Shown here: positions 38,549 through 47,799 of the stretch, in pieces
Layout of the letters: each line of letters opens with the position of its first letter
How positions within the stretch are numbered: position 1 is the stretch's first letter
Source of the DNA: an uncultured Planctomycetales bacterium
Lineage (GTDB): Bacteria > Omnitrophota > Gorgyraeia > Gygaellales > Profunditerraquicolaceae
Length of the DNA: 64,000 bases
Direction of reading: 5' to 3'
Assembly: GCA_964579435.1 (NCBI GenBank)
Contig: CAZOGI010000010.1
Coordinates: forward strand, 23,583-87,582
The notes under the pieces: model-generated
What the model was told of the DNA's origin: nothing
Seen by the model: only the letters and a program-made list of their open reading frames with translations
The model's database searches: none
Program-made: the position numbers and the translations under genes

Positions 38549-40769
38549 AGGCCGGCGCATCCTCCCGCAACGGATCAACCGCTGCCCCCGCGAGGCTGCG
38601 CTCGATCATCCAGATCTTATCCTTCAACTGCTCCTTTATCAACGCCTCCTGCCGGGAATCCCCGAGCCGTTCCACCACCCGCCGGTAGACGGCAATACTC
38701 TCCTGCGCACGGCCAAGGCGCTCATAGCACACCCCCAGGTAATACTGTGACAGGGAAAATTCCGGGACAACGCAGACGATCCCTTCCAGATGGGGGAGCG
38801 CCTCGCTAAAAAGGGACTGGGACATAAGCGTCATGGCCAGGTTATACCGGGCCGGCAGCAGGGCCGGCATGATCTCCAAGCAGCGCTGATACAGCCGGAC
38901 CGCTTTTTGCGGATTTCCCGCGCTGCGGTAACAGACCGCCGCGTTTATCATCGCTTGCACCGCCTGCGGGTGCTCCTTAAGGACGGCCTCGAACGAGGCG
39001 ATCGCGTCAGAGTAGCGTTTCTGCTGCAGGAAAGAAAACCCCTGCGCATACGCCGGGCTGGCGCCTGCGTCATTGAGGAACGCAGCGATCTTCTTCTCTA
39101 CTCCCATCTTCAGGAAGGCCTCGCGGGCATCCCGGGGCGCCATCCCCTGTAACCGCAGCGCCGCCTCGAGCAACAGGTACAGCTCAAGCGCATCATGATG
39201 CAGGAGCAGCGTCTGCTTGATGACCGTTTCCGCCGCCGCAGCCTCGCCGCTGCGCAGCAGCGCCTCGGCGAGATTGCGCCCGGCCCACAGATGGTTCGGG
39301 CGCAAACGCAGAGCCTCCCGGTATTCGCCGATTGCCCGCGGCAAATCCCCCCGCGCGTGATAGAGGAGCCCGACCTGATTATGCGCATCCGCCAGCGGCA
39401 CCTGGTCGAAATTGGGCGCGTGCAGGCTCGTCGCCCTTACCATGACCAGCACCAGCGCGCCCCGCGCCAGGAGTTCCCTGCCGCGCTGCGCGCGCGCGGC
39501 ATTCACGGTTGCGGCCAAAAAATCAGCCGCCCAGAGAGCCAAAACCGGCACCAGGACTTCCCGGTACCGGTCGATTATGTGGCCCAGGATCAACACCAGC
39601 GACGTCACAAAAAAATAGAGGATCAGCGGACCGTGCCCTTCCAGACCGCGCCGGCGCAGGATCATCCACGCCAATCCGCTTAGACCAAAGACGGCCAGCG
39701 GCCAGAACCCGATCGAGCCGTAGCGCAGGAGGCGCGAGCGCAGCCGGAAATACGCCATCTGGTAATTATCGGAGAGCCCGGTCCGGTTTACCAGGAGTAT
39801 GGATTTGCGGCCGAGAAGCTGCCAGAAATGCGCCGGATCGGACCGGATCTCCTCGATCGTCTGTCGGGTCCAGAAACGGGAGACCTGCGACGGCTTCAGG
39901 GGACGGCCGCTGCGGCGCCGGGCCTCGCGCAGCGAATCGATCTCTTCGAACGCCGGGTCGATGCGCATGAAATCCGGCTCTTTGAGGCCGCCGTCGGCAC
40001 CCCGGAAATTACCGATGTAAAAGTTGATCCCGGCGCCGTAGGTCGTCAAAACCGCATCTTTACCGACAACCAAATTGCGCACGGCAAGGACGCCGATGAC
40101 CAGGCCGAAACCGAGCAGGAAAGAGAAAACGCGCTTGACGGCGGGTGCGCTGAGGCGGCCGGTAACGGCGATGAAAACGGCCAACGCCAGGGCAAAAACA
40201 AGCACGGTATCCTTTGCCAGGGCGGCAAACCCCAGGCACATCCCCGCGGCGAACCAGGCCGCAGGTTTCAAAGAACGCTGCGCCCGCATGACGCACCAGA
40301 GGCCGGCCGTGCACCAGAAGACTTCCAAAACCGATTTCAGGAGCAAGCTCTCGAAAAAGATCGCCGGTCCGTAGAAAACGCTGATCAGGGAAGCCAGGAG
40401 CGCCCTGCGGCGCGACATGAGCATGCACCCCATCGAATACACGAAAAGCGGGACGCAGGAACCGATCAGGAACTGGATAAGGCGAGCGGCGGTGATCGAA
40501 CCTCCGAGGGCGTACACCACCGCCAAAAAATACGCGTACAGCGGCGAGACAAAATAGATGCCGTTGCCCAGCCACCCTTTGGAGAGAAGCGAGCGCGCCC
40601 AGGCGTCATAATACTGGGAATCGAAAAGGAGGGAACCAAAAAGGATGTCGCCGCGCACCTCAAAAAAATAGGCCAGGCGCAGCACAAGGGCGGCGGCAAA
40701 GAGAGCTCCCCAGAGCCATCGGGGGGGAGGTTTGAGCGCCGCACCGGGAGTGGCGGGTGATCGCGACAT
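38541..40769 (-). CDS. ArnT/PMT_2-like GT-C glycosyltransferase with C-terminal TPR domain
   Basis: 742 aa. N-terminal LFDSQYYDAWARSLL...SPLYAYFLAVVYALGG, about 11 TM helices, and a C-terminal TPR array (e.g. AIASFEAVLKEHPQAVQAMINAAVCY). Confidence 0.7.
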   Translation of the reverse strand: MSRSPATPGAALKPPPRWLWGALFAAALVLRLAYFFEVRGDILFGSLLFDSQYYDAWARSLLSKGWLGNGIYFVSPLYAYFLAVVYALGGSITAARLIQFLIGSCVPLFVYSMGCMLMSRRRALLASLISVFYGPAIFFESLLLKSVLEVFWCTAGLWCVMRAQRSLKPAAWFAAGMCLGFAALAKDTVLVFALALAVFIAVTGRLSAPAVKRVFSFLLGFGLVIGVLAVRNLVVGKDAVLTTYGAGINFYIGNFRGADGGLKEPDFMRIDPAFEEIDSLREARRRSGRPLKPSQVSRFWTRQTIEEIRSDPAHFWQLLGRKSILLVNRTGLSDNYQMAYFRLRSRLLRYGSIGFWPLAVFGLSGLAWMILRRRGLEGHGPLILYFFVTSLVLILGHIIDRYREVLVPVLALWAADFLAATVNAARAQRGRELLARGALVLVMVRATSLHAPNFDQVPLADAHNQVGLLYHARGDLPRAIGEYREALRLRPNHLWAGRNLAEALLRSGEAAAAETVIKQTLLLHHDALELYLLLEAALRLQGMAPRDAREAFLKMGVEKKIAAFLNDAGASPAYAQGFSFLQQKRYSDAIASFEAVLKEHPQAVQAMINAAVCYRSAGNPQKAVRLYQRCLEIMPALLPARYNLAMTLMSQSLFSEALPHLEGIVCVVPEFSLSQYYLGVCYERLGRAQESIAVYRRVVERLGDSRQEALIKEQLKDKIWMIERSLAGAAVDPLREDAPAYE

Positions 40770-40773
40770 TGGG

Positions 40774-41757
40774 TTACCTCTCCTGGCGCGCCTGAAAAAG
40801 CGCCAGCGCTTTCAGGACGACGCAGGTGGTATGCAAATAGAACCCCTCATCGACGCGCCTGCCGTAGAGGGCGCGCAAGCGCTCGTAGTCCCCGAAGGAG
40901 CCGTTCGGATTCTGGCAGGAGAGAAGGAACTTTACTCCCTGAGGGATAATCGTTGCTGTGCGCATTTTGAGCAGTTCCATGCACAGTAAAAGCTCGGCCA
41001 CCAGGTCGGGATCCCGCTTTCCGATATATGCCGCAGCCAGATCGCTCAGGACCGAATCCAGGTATTGCGCATCGCTTTCGCTCAGCAGCTCCGACAGGGA
41101 GTCGTCACCGAAGCCGGCGAGCGCCAGGACCTCATGCGTCAGCGCGTACACCTCCAGCGTATCGAGGGCAGAAGCATCGGGACGCGCCTGGATAATGCCC
41201 GCGCGGTATGCCGCACGCAGGTCAAAGGGCGGCTCGATGCCGAAAAAACGGTAATAGACGGCGAAAGCCAGCTGCTGGTTAACGCCCCGGGAAGAAAGGT
41301 GCGCGTTCAGGCGGGGGAGGATGGCGCGGATCTCTTGGCGGTATGCGGTTGTCTCGAAGCCGGATTTCTCCAGGAGGTAACAAAAACGCAGGTACGAGGT
41401 CGCATCCTCGGCAAACTGCTCCGCCGGGATCGCTCCCATATCGTGAAACGAAGCCTCCTCGGTGATGCGGGCGATCTTGCGCAGGCGCAGCTCGAGGGAC
41501 GGCCGCAGCTGCGGCGGCAGACGGGGCGCGATCGCCGTATACGCTTCAAAAAGCTCGACGGTCTTTTTCTTCCCCTTGATCCCGAAACGGCGCAATTGCC
41601 CCGGGTTAAACTCGATCGTATCCAGCCAGGGCGCAGCCTTGATCATGCTGCGCAGCAGGAGTTCCCGGAGCAAAGGCTCCGAGGAAGCGCCGCAACCGGG
41701 CACCGCGACAGAGAGGCCGACAACCAAAGCAAGGGGGAGGAAGGTACGGTTCGTCAT
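40774..41757 (-). CDS. secreted protein or lipoprotein with a prenyltransferase/terpene-cyclase-like alpha/alpha-toroid repeat
   Basis: 327 aa. Signal peptide LALVVGLSVAVPGCG with a possible lipobox. C-terminal LLSCQNPNGSFGDY. Confidence 0.45.
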   Translation of the reverse strand: MTNRTFLPLALVVGLSVAVPGCGASSEPLLRELLLRSMIKAAPWLDTIEFNPGQLRRFGIKGKKKTVELFEAYTAIAPRLPPQLRPSLELRLRKIARITEEASFHDMGAIPAEQFAEDATSYLRFCYLLEKSGFETTAYRQEIRAILPRLNAHLSSRGVNQQLAFAVYYRFFGIEPPFDLRAAYRAGIIQARPDASALDTLEVYALTHEVLALAGFGDDSLSELLSESDAQYLDSVLSDLAAAYIGKRDPDLVAELLLCMELLKMRTATIIPQGVKFLLSCQNPNGSFGDYERLRALYGRRVDEGFYLHTTCVVLKALALFQARQER

Positions 41758-41773
41758 AGCGACTTGAGGAAAT

Positions 41774-41802
41774 ATTATAACATGAAAGGTCGCAGGGACA
41801 CA
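41774..41802 (-). promoter_or_regulatory. candidate promoter for the minus-strand block (TGTGTC-17 nt-TATAAT)
   Basis: On the minus strand, TATAAT (plus-strand 41774-41779) lies 16 nt upstream of ATG 41757. The -35 is weak. Confidence 0.3.
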
Positions 41803-41831
41803 ATGACCCTTGATACCAGCCTAAAATCCCA

Positions 41832-41860
41832 TTGAGTTAACCGGCGGCGGTTGATAGAAT
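41832..41860 (+). promoter_or_regulatory. sigma70-like promoter TTGAGT-17 nt-TAGAAT, leaderless-type
   Basis: -35 at 41832-41837 and -10 at 41855-41860. ATG 41869 lies only 8 nt after the -10. Confidence 0.5.
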
Positions 41861-41868
41861 AAGGGCAG

Positions 41869-43308
41869 ATGAATATATTACTCCTGAACCCCTCCTTCGG
41901 CCCCGACTTCTGCAAATCCGCCCGCTGGTTCGCCCGCTCGCGCGGCAGGGTGCAGCGCCATCCCGATTTCCTCTGCGAGGCAACGGCGCTTCTGGAAGCG
42001 CACGGACACGACTGCGCGCTTATCGACGCGGCTGCCGGGAACCTCGGCGCCGAAGAGACCGCCCAACACATACGCCGCATCCGGCCGCAGTTGACGCTCA
42101 TCCAGGCAACGACCCCGAGCATCGATTCCGACATCTCCTGGGCCCGGCAGGCAAAAGAGCTGACCGGCGGCAGGTCCCGCACCGTTCTGGTCGGAGCGCA
42201 CGTGACCGCCGAACCCGAAGACACCTTGCGGCGGGGCAGGGGCGCGGTTGATGCCGTTGCCCGGGGAGAGTACGACCTGACGCTCAAGGAACTGGCAGAT
42301 GGATCTGACTTCGGCTCGATCCTTGGCCTTGCGTACCTGAGCGCCGACACGTTCGTCGCCACCGCGCCGCGCCCGTTCATCGAAGACCTGGACACGCTGC
42401 CCTTTCCGGCGTGGAGACACATCGACCCGCGCACCTACCGCGACGGGACCAAACGCCACCCCTTTATCACGCTGCTGGGCTCCCGGGGGTGCTTGGGGAC
42501 ATGCACCTTCTGCCTTTTGCCGCAAACGATGTACGGCCGCCGCGCCCGGACCAAGAGCCCGCAGCGCATTATCGATGAGATCCGCTACGATCTTGGCCTC
42601 TTCCCGTTCCTGAAGGAGATCATGTTCGAGGACGACACCTTTGTCAGCGCCGCTAACGCGGGGCGCCTCGAAAGCATATGCCGCCTCCTGGAAAAAGAAC
42701 GCATCCGCATACCCTGGAGCGCAAACGCGCGCGCCGACCTGCTCGACCGCGCGCTCCTGGAGCGCCTTAAAAAATGCGGTTGCAGGATGCTCTGCGTCGG
42801 TTACGAATTCGGCGCCCAGGAGATGCTGGATGCGGCCGGCAAGAATATTCCGCTTTCGACGATGCGCGAATTTTCCGCGTGGGCTGCCGAAGCCGGTATC
42901 CGCCTGCACGGCTGTTTCATGTTCGGCGGACCGGGGGAGAACGAGCGGACCTGCAGACAGACCCTGGAGTTCGCCAAAGAGCTTCCCCTGGAAACGGCCC
43001 AGTTCTCGGGGATCGCCGCGTACCCGGGCACCGCGTATTACCGGTGGTCGAAAGAGAAGGGATATCTGTGCGCCCGCGACTGGAGCGACTGGGTCCGCGC
43101 AGACGGCGAGCAGGCGACGGTGCTGCAGTTCCCCGGACTCCCCAAAGAAGAAATAAACCGCTGGATCAACAGGAGCCTGCGCGAATTTTACCTGCGTCCG
43201 GCGCAGCTCGCCCGGCTCGCGGGGGCGAGCCTGCGCAGCTGGAACGATTTCGAAACAAGGCTCTACGGTCTGCGTCAATTACTCGCGGGCGAGGCGCTCA
43301 AACGATGA
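41869..43308 (+). CDS. B12-binding-domain radical SAM enzyme (paralogue 1)
   Basis: 479 aa. N-terminal MNILLLNP...HGHDCALIDA (B12-binding-like). LLGSRGCLGTCTFC CxxxCxxC cluster motif. Confidence 0.85.
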   Translation: MNILLLNPSFGPDFCKSARWFARSRGRVQRHPDFLCEATALLEAHGHDCALIDAAAGNLGAEETAQHIRRIRPQLTLIQATTPSIDSDISWARQAKELTGGRSRTVLVGAHVTAEPEDTLRRGRGAVDAVARGEYDLTLKELADGSDFGSILGLAYLSADTFVATAPRPFIEDLDTLPFPAWRHIDPRTYRDGTKRHPFITLLGSRGCLGTCTFCLLPQTMYGRRARTKSPQRIIDEIRYDLGLFPFLKEIMFEDDTFVSAANAGRLESICRLLEKERIRIPWSANARADLLDRALLERLKKCGCRMLCVGYEFGAQEMLDAAGKNIPLSTMREFSAWAAEAGIRLHGCFMFGGPGENERTCRQTLEFAKELPLETAQFSGIAAYPGTAYYRWSKEKGYLCARDWSDWVRADGEQATVLQFPGLPKEEINRWINRSLREFYLRPAQLARLAGASLRSWNDFETRLYGLRQLLAGEALKR

Positions 43309-44705
43309 ACGTGCTCTTTATCGAACCTCCTGCCTTCGGCCCGTTCGGGACCCTGCGGATCCTGGGCAGCATCGGCTCGCTCAAGGCCGACATCCGCTGG
43401 CCGCCGTACGACCTGATGATCCTGGCGGGGATGGCGCGCGCGCAAAAACATCGCGCGCAGATCATCGATGCCCAAACCCGGGGCATGGACCTGCGCGCCG
43501 TGAAAGCCGCGATCGCCTCGCGCAATCCCGATTTTGTCGTTTTCACGACGACGCCGTTGACGCTGAGAGAGGATGCCCGCGTCGCAGAAGCCGCAAAAGC
43601 GGCTTCTGCCGCCATTCGCACCGTTGCCGTCGGACTCTCCATGCGCGCCTATCCGCTCAACCCCCTGCAGGAGACCCCGGCGCTGGACTATGCGGCGTAT
43701 GCCGATCCCGAGCCGATCCTCTCACAACTCCTGGAAGGGTGCCCCCCCGAAACAATCCCCGGGATATACCGCAGAGGCGCCGATCTTGCCGTCAAGAACC
43801 CGCCTGCGCAGCCGGCCCCGGATCTTGACCGCTTCGGTATACCCGCCCAGGACCTCATCGAGCATGCGCGATACCGCGATCCGCTCATGCGCGCGCGGCC
43901 GATGACCATCGTCAACTGTTCCCGCGGCTGTGCGGGATCCTGCGCCCACTGCCTCTCCGTTTTCCAGAAACCCCTGCGCTACCGAAGCGTCGCTTCGGTG
44001 ATGGAGGAGCTGCGGCTGTGTTGGCGGCTGGGCGTGCGCGAGATAAAATTTTTCGATTGCGGATTGACCAACGACCCTGACTGGACACGAAGGCTCTGCG
44101 AGGAGATGCTGCGCGGGGGGCTGTGCTTCTCCTGGAACGCAAACAGCCGTTGCGACCGTCTCAGCCTGCCGCTTTTGAAGCTGATGAAAAGAGCGGGGTG
44201 CCATACGGTGGCGATCGGCTCGGAGAGCGCAAGCAATACGGTACTGCGGGAGATGAACAAAGGGGTCACCCGCGATGGCATTGCCAAAGCCGTCGCAGAA
44301 GCCCGGAAGGCAGGCCTACGCATCATGCTCTATTTCACCCTGGGGCTCAAAGGGGAAACCGAAGAGACCGTCAAAGAGACCATCTCCTTCGCAAAAAGAA
44401 TGAACCCGGACTTCGCCACCTTCGGCCTGGCCGTGCCCATCCCGCAGACTCCCTTTTACGATTATCTCGTATCACAGGGGCTGCTCAAGAACGCCGGGAA
44501 CGCCTCCGGCGACCCGGACAACATACCCGCGTTTTCCTATCCGGGTTTAAGCGCTGCGCGGCTCTTTGCGCTCTCCCGAGAAGCATACCGTTCGTTTTAT
44601 CTGCGCCCGTCCTACATCCTGAAGAAACTCCTGGGGGCAACGCCCCGGGGGCTGATCAACGACGCGCGCAACGCCGTATACCTGGCGAAACGGATACTGC
44701 AATGA
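43305..44705 (+). CDS. B12-binding-domain radical SAM enzyme (paralogue 2)
   Basis: Track ORF 42774 trimmed to ATG 43305 (ATGA overlap). MNVLFIEPP..., VNCSRGCAGSCAHC. Confidence 0.85.
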   Translation: MNVLFIEPPAFGPFGTLRILGSIGSLKADIRWPPYDLMILAGMARAQKHRAQIIDAQTRGMDLRAVKAAIASRNPDFVVFTTTPLTLREDARVAEAAKAASAAIRTVAVGLSMRAYPLNPLQETPALDYAAYADPEPILSQLLEGCPPETIPGIYRRGADLAVKNPPAQPAPDLDRFGIPAQDLIEHARYRDPLMRARPMTIVNCSRGCAGSCAHCLSVFQKPLRYRSVASVMEELRLCWRLGVREIKFFDCGLTNDPDWTRRLCEEMLRGGLCFSWNANSRCDRLSLPLLKLMKRAGCHTVAIGSESASNTVLREMNKGVTRDGIAKAVAEARKAGLRIMLYFTLGLKGETEETVKETISFAKRMNPDFATFGLAVPIPQTPFYDYLVSQGLLKNAGNASGDPDNIPAFSYPGLSAARLFALSREAYRSFYLRPSYILKKLLGATPRGLINDARNAVYLAKRILQ

Positions 44706-46093
44706 CCGGACAAACAATCCTCCTGGTCAATCCCGGTCACCGCGAATGGGCGCGTGTGCTGCCGCTGGGCATCGCCTACGTTGCCGCTGCCGCCCGGAAA
44801 GCGGGATTCCCGGTGCGCACGATCGACGCAACCGCCGAACGACTTTCACCGCAGGCGCTGGCCCTGCGATTGAAAAAACTCAAACCTGCGGTCCTGGGGA
44901 TCACCGCGACCACGGTGCAGATCGCCTCTGCCTGGGAGATCGCCCGCCTGGCAAAAGAGCATGATCCCGGCTGCGTCACGGTGCTGGGAGGAGTCCACCC
45001 CAGCGCGCTGCCCGAGGAGAGCCTGGGACAGCCGTCTGTTGATTTCGTCTGCAGGGGAGAGGGAGAAGCAACTTTCGTTTCTTTACTCAGCGCCCTTTCC
45101 TCCCGCACTCACCCAGGGTCGGTCCAGGGGATATCCTTCCGCTCAAACGGCTCTGTCGTGCACACGCCGGACCGCCGGCTCGTTCCCGATCCGGACCTCT
45201 TCGCGTTTCCGGCGCGGGAGCTCTTTGACTTCCCCCGCCGGTACCAAAGCCCCCTTGCCCTGCGAAGAAGATGCGCGACGATCCTGACCAGCAGGGGCTG
45301 CCCGGGCACCTGCACCTTCTGCAACAAAAATATCTCCGGAAGCGTCTTTAGGCCGCGCAGCCCCGCCTCGGTCATCGAAGAGATGGAATCGCTCATCCGC
45401 ACCTTCGGCATCCAGGAATTCCATATTGCCGACGACTGTTTCAGCTGGGACATGCAGCGGGTCATGGACCTCTGCGCGCTGATGCGCAAACGCATCCCCG
45501 CCATCCGCTGGGCCTGCACCAACGGCATCCGCGTCGACCGCTCGACCAAACCGTTCTTTCGCGAAATGAAAGCCGCCGGCTGTTACCGCGTCTCCTTCGG
45601 CGTCGAATCGGGAGACGAGGCGCTGCTGAAGCGCATCGGCAAGAATATAGACCAGGAATCGATACGCAGGGCCGTCTCGCTTGCCCAAAGCGCAGGACTC
45701 GTCACCATCTGCTTTTTTATGCTCGGCAATCACGGCGAGACTGCCGCTCACGCTCAAAAAACCATCGAATTCGCCCGCTCTCTGCGCACCGATTACGCCC
45801 AGTTCACGCTGGCCATGCCCTATCCGGGAACCGCATTTTTCAGGCAGCTGGAGAAAGAAGGCCGGATCCGCAGCCGCGATTGGAGGAGGTATTCGGTGTA
45901 CGGGCCGGACATTCCCTACGAGCCGGCCGGGATGAGCGCAGAGGAATTGCTGGGCTTCTACAGACAGGCGTACCGCGCCTTTTATCTGCGGCCACGGCAG
46001 ATCGCCTTTCTCCTTTCCCGGCGGCTGCGCCTCGGCGCCGGCATCGGCAGCTTCGTACGCTCATCAGCGGAGGTCTTGCGCCGTGCCCGATAA
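44702..46093 (+). CDS. B12-binding-domain radical SAM enzyme (paralogue 3)
   Basis: Track ORF 44123 trimmed to ATG 44702 (ATGA overlap). TILLVNPGH..., LTSRGCPGTCTFC. Confidence 0.85.
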   Translation: MTGQTILLVNPGHREWARVLPLGIAYVAAAARKAGFPVRTIDATAERLSPQALALRLKKLKPAVLGITATTVQIASAWEIARLAKEHDPGCVTVLGGVHPSALPEESLGQPSVDFVCRGEGEATFVSLLSALSSRTHPGSVQGISFRSNGSVVHTPDRRLVPDPDLFAFPARELFDFPRRYQSPLALRRRCATILTSRGCPGTCTFCNKNISGSVFRPRSPASVIEEMESLIRTFGIQEFHIADDCFSWDMQRVMDLCALMRKRIPAIRWACTNGIRVDRSTKPFFREMKAAGCYRVSFGVESGDEALLKRIGKNIDQESIRRAVSLAQSAGLVTICFFMLGNHGETAAHAQKTIEFARSLRTDYAQFTLAMPYPGTAFFRQLEKEGRIRSRDWRRYSVYGPDIPYEPAGMSAEELLGFYRQAYRAFYLRPRQIAFLLSRRLRLGAGIGSFVRSSAEVLRRAR

Positions 46094-47084
46094 GAGCGCC
46101 ATGCCGGACATAGCCATCATCATTCCCGCCCGCAACTGCGCCGGCACCATACCGCTTGCGCTACAGGCGTGCCTCAAGCAGGATTACGCCGGCAGATACG
46201 AAATAATCGTCGTGGATGACGGCTCAACCGATGATACCGCAGCGGCCGTCAAAAATTTCCCCGTGCGTCTCATCGAACAAAAACACGCCGGCCCTGCCTG
46301 CGCGCGCAACCGGGGGACAAAAGCTTCAGAGGCGCAGCGCTACGCTTTCATCGATGCGGACTGCGTGCCGCCGTGCGATTGGCTGCGGCGCCTCAACGCT
46401 GCCTTCACGGCAACGGGGTACGCCTGCGCCTACGGCAGCTACACGATCCGCAACAAAAACTCCCTCCTGGCGGAAGGGATCTACCGGGAAATACTCCTGC
46501 GCCACAGCCGCCTCAAACAGGACTCTGCCGCACTCGGCTCCTACAACGCAATCTTCGACGCGACAGTCTTTCACGAATGCGGCGGCTTCGACGAATCATT
46601 CCGGGACGCAAGCGCCGAGGACACGGAGCTGGCGTACCGCCTTCGCCGCAACGGCAAACGCATACTTTTTCTGCCGGAGTGCACAGTGGCGCATCTTTTC
46701 CCCGAGCAGCTGGATTTCTATCTGGCTTCCCAATTCCGCCACGGTTTCTGGAGAGCGCGTCTCTACAGGCTGCATCCGGCAATGGCGGCAGGGGACGGAT
46801 ACACGCGGCTCAAGGACATCATCGAGACGCCCGCGGCGCTCCTGCTGAGCCTCTGCGCCGCGTTCTTTTTTCATCACGCCTGCCGCGTTGCCGCACTCCT
46901 GCTCTTTGCGGGACTGCTGCTTGCGCATGGCGCCTCCGCGGCGCAGCTCTCCCTGCAGGCGAAAAAGCCGGCGCTCCTCCTGTATGCCGGCGCGCTGCTC
47001 CTGCGCAGTTTTGCGCGGGCATACGGATTCTTTTTCGGGCTTCTGGCACTTCCCGGCAAAAACCGATGCGCTGCTCGATCGTAA
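46083..47084 (+). CDS. glycosyltransferase family 2 with C-terminal TM helices
   Basis: 333 aa; GTG 46083, or ATG 46101 as an alternative start. IAIIIPARNCAGTI...IIVVDDGSTDDT and FIDADC. Confidence 0.75.
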   Translation: MPDKSAMPDIAIIIPARNCAGTIPLALQACLKQDYAGRYEIIVVDDGSTDDTAAAVKNFPVRLIEQKHAGPACARNRGTKASEAQRYAFIDADCVPPCDWLRRLNAAFTATGYACAYGSYTIRNKNSLLAEGIYREILLRHSRLKQDSAALGSYNAIFDATVFHECGGFDESFRDASAEDTELAYRLRRNGKRILFLPECTVAHLFPEQLDFYLASQFRHGFWRARLYRLHPAMAAGDGYTRLKDIIETPAALLLSLCAAFFFHHACRVAALLLFAGLLLAHGASAAQLSLQAKKPALLLYAGALLLRSFARAYGFFFGLLALPGKNRCAARS

Positions 47085-47752
47085 TCCCCGCCCACAACGA
47101 AGAGGGCACGATCCGGACGCTCCTGGAAAGAACCCGGGAGTTTCTCGGCGGAACCGGGGAATGCGAGATCATTGTGGTCGATGACGGCTCAAGCGATAAA
47201 ACCGCAGAGCGGGTGCAGAAACTGGCGGCATCGATCCCGACGATACGGCTCCTGCGTCTTTCTCCCCGCAGAGGGCAGGGGATGGCGCTTGCCGCCGGGA
47301 TTGCTGCCGCACAGACCGGCATCATCGTCACGATGGATGCCGACCTGCAGAACGACCCGGCCGATATCCCGGCCCTGCTTGAGCGTCTCGAAAACGGCTT
47401 TGACGTTGTCTGCGGCTGGCGCAAAAACAGGAAAGACCCGTTCGTAAAACGAATAAAATCCCGGGTCGCCAACCTCTTGCAACGCCTTTTGCTCGGCGTT
47501 AAACTGCATGATATGAGCTGCACCCTGCGCGCCTACCGGCGGGAGGCGCTCGAAGGGATCGAATTCGGGCGGGGGTATGATTTTTCGCTCCTGCCGTACC
47601 TGATCGCGCGCCGCAAAGCCATGCGCATCTGCGAGGTCCCGGTCAGCCACGAGCGCCGGCACAGCGGCACCTCCAAATACGGGTTTTGGGGGACCTGCGC
47701 CGGGACATTCGTCAGTTTTGTGCGCTGCGTTGCAGCGCGACCGCATAAATGA
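47066..47752 (+). CDS. glycosyltransferase family 2, polyprenyl-phosphate glycosyltransferase (ArnC/GtrB/DPM1 type)
   Basis: Track ORF 46373 trimmed to ATG 47066. CSIVIPAHNEEGTI...IIVVDDGSSDKT...MDADLQNDP...CTLRAYRREAL. Confidence 0.85.
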   Translation: MRCSIVIPAHNEEGTIRTLLERTREFLGGTGECEIIVVDDGSSDKTAERVQKLAASIPTIRLLRLSPRRGQGMALAAGIAAAQTGIIVTMDADLQNDPADIPALLERLENGFDVVCGWRKNRKDPFVKRIKSRVANLLQRLLLGVKLHDMSCTLRAYRREALEGIEFGRGYDFSLLPYLIARRKAMRICEVPVSHERRHSGTSKYGFWGTCAGTFVSFVRCVAARPHK

Positions 47753-47799
47753 GGCGTGACCATCTAGAAACAAGAGACCTGGGTCAGGAAACATGCACA

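Noticed and set aside
41878-43278. 466-aa minus-strand ORF; also 47764-49095, 24568-25662, 11179-12240 and 12295-13251 on the minus strand
   Set aside because: All are antisense to + strand genes with strong family signatures (rSAM CxxxCxxC, TPR/GT-C, GT/DUF218). They have no start context and an arginine/glycine-rich composition.
42774-43304. Long N-terminal extensions of track ORFs (42774, 44123, 46373, 20357, 21519, 8171, 9154, 10442, 58514, 58726, 34685-37795)
   Set aside because: The extensions overlap the upstream gene in another frame and translate to proline/arginine-rich nonsense. Conserved family N-termini begin at internal ATG/GTG codons that form ATGA overlaps or have SDs, so the starts were trimmed.
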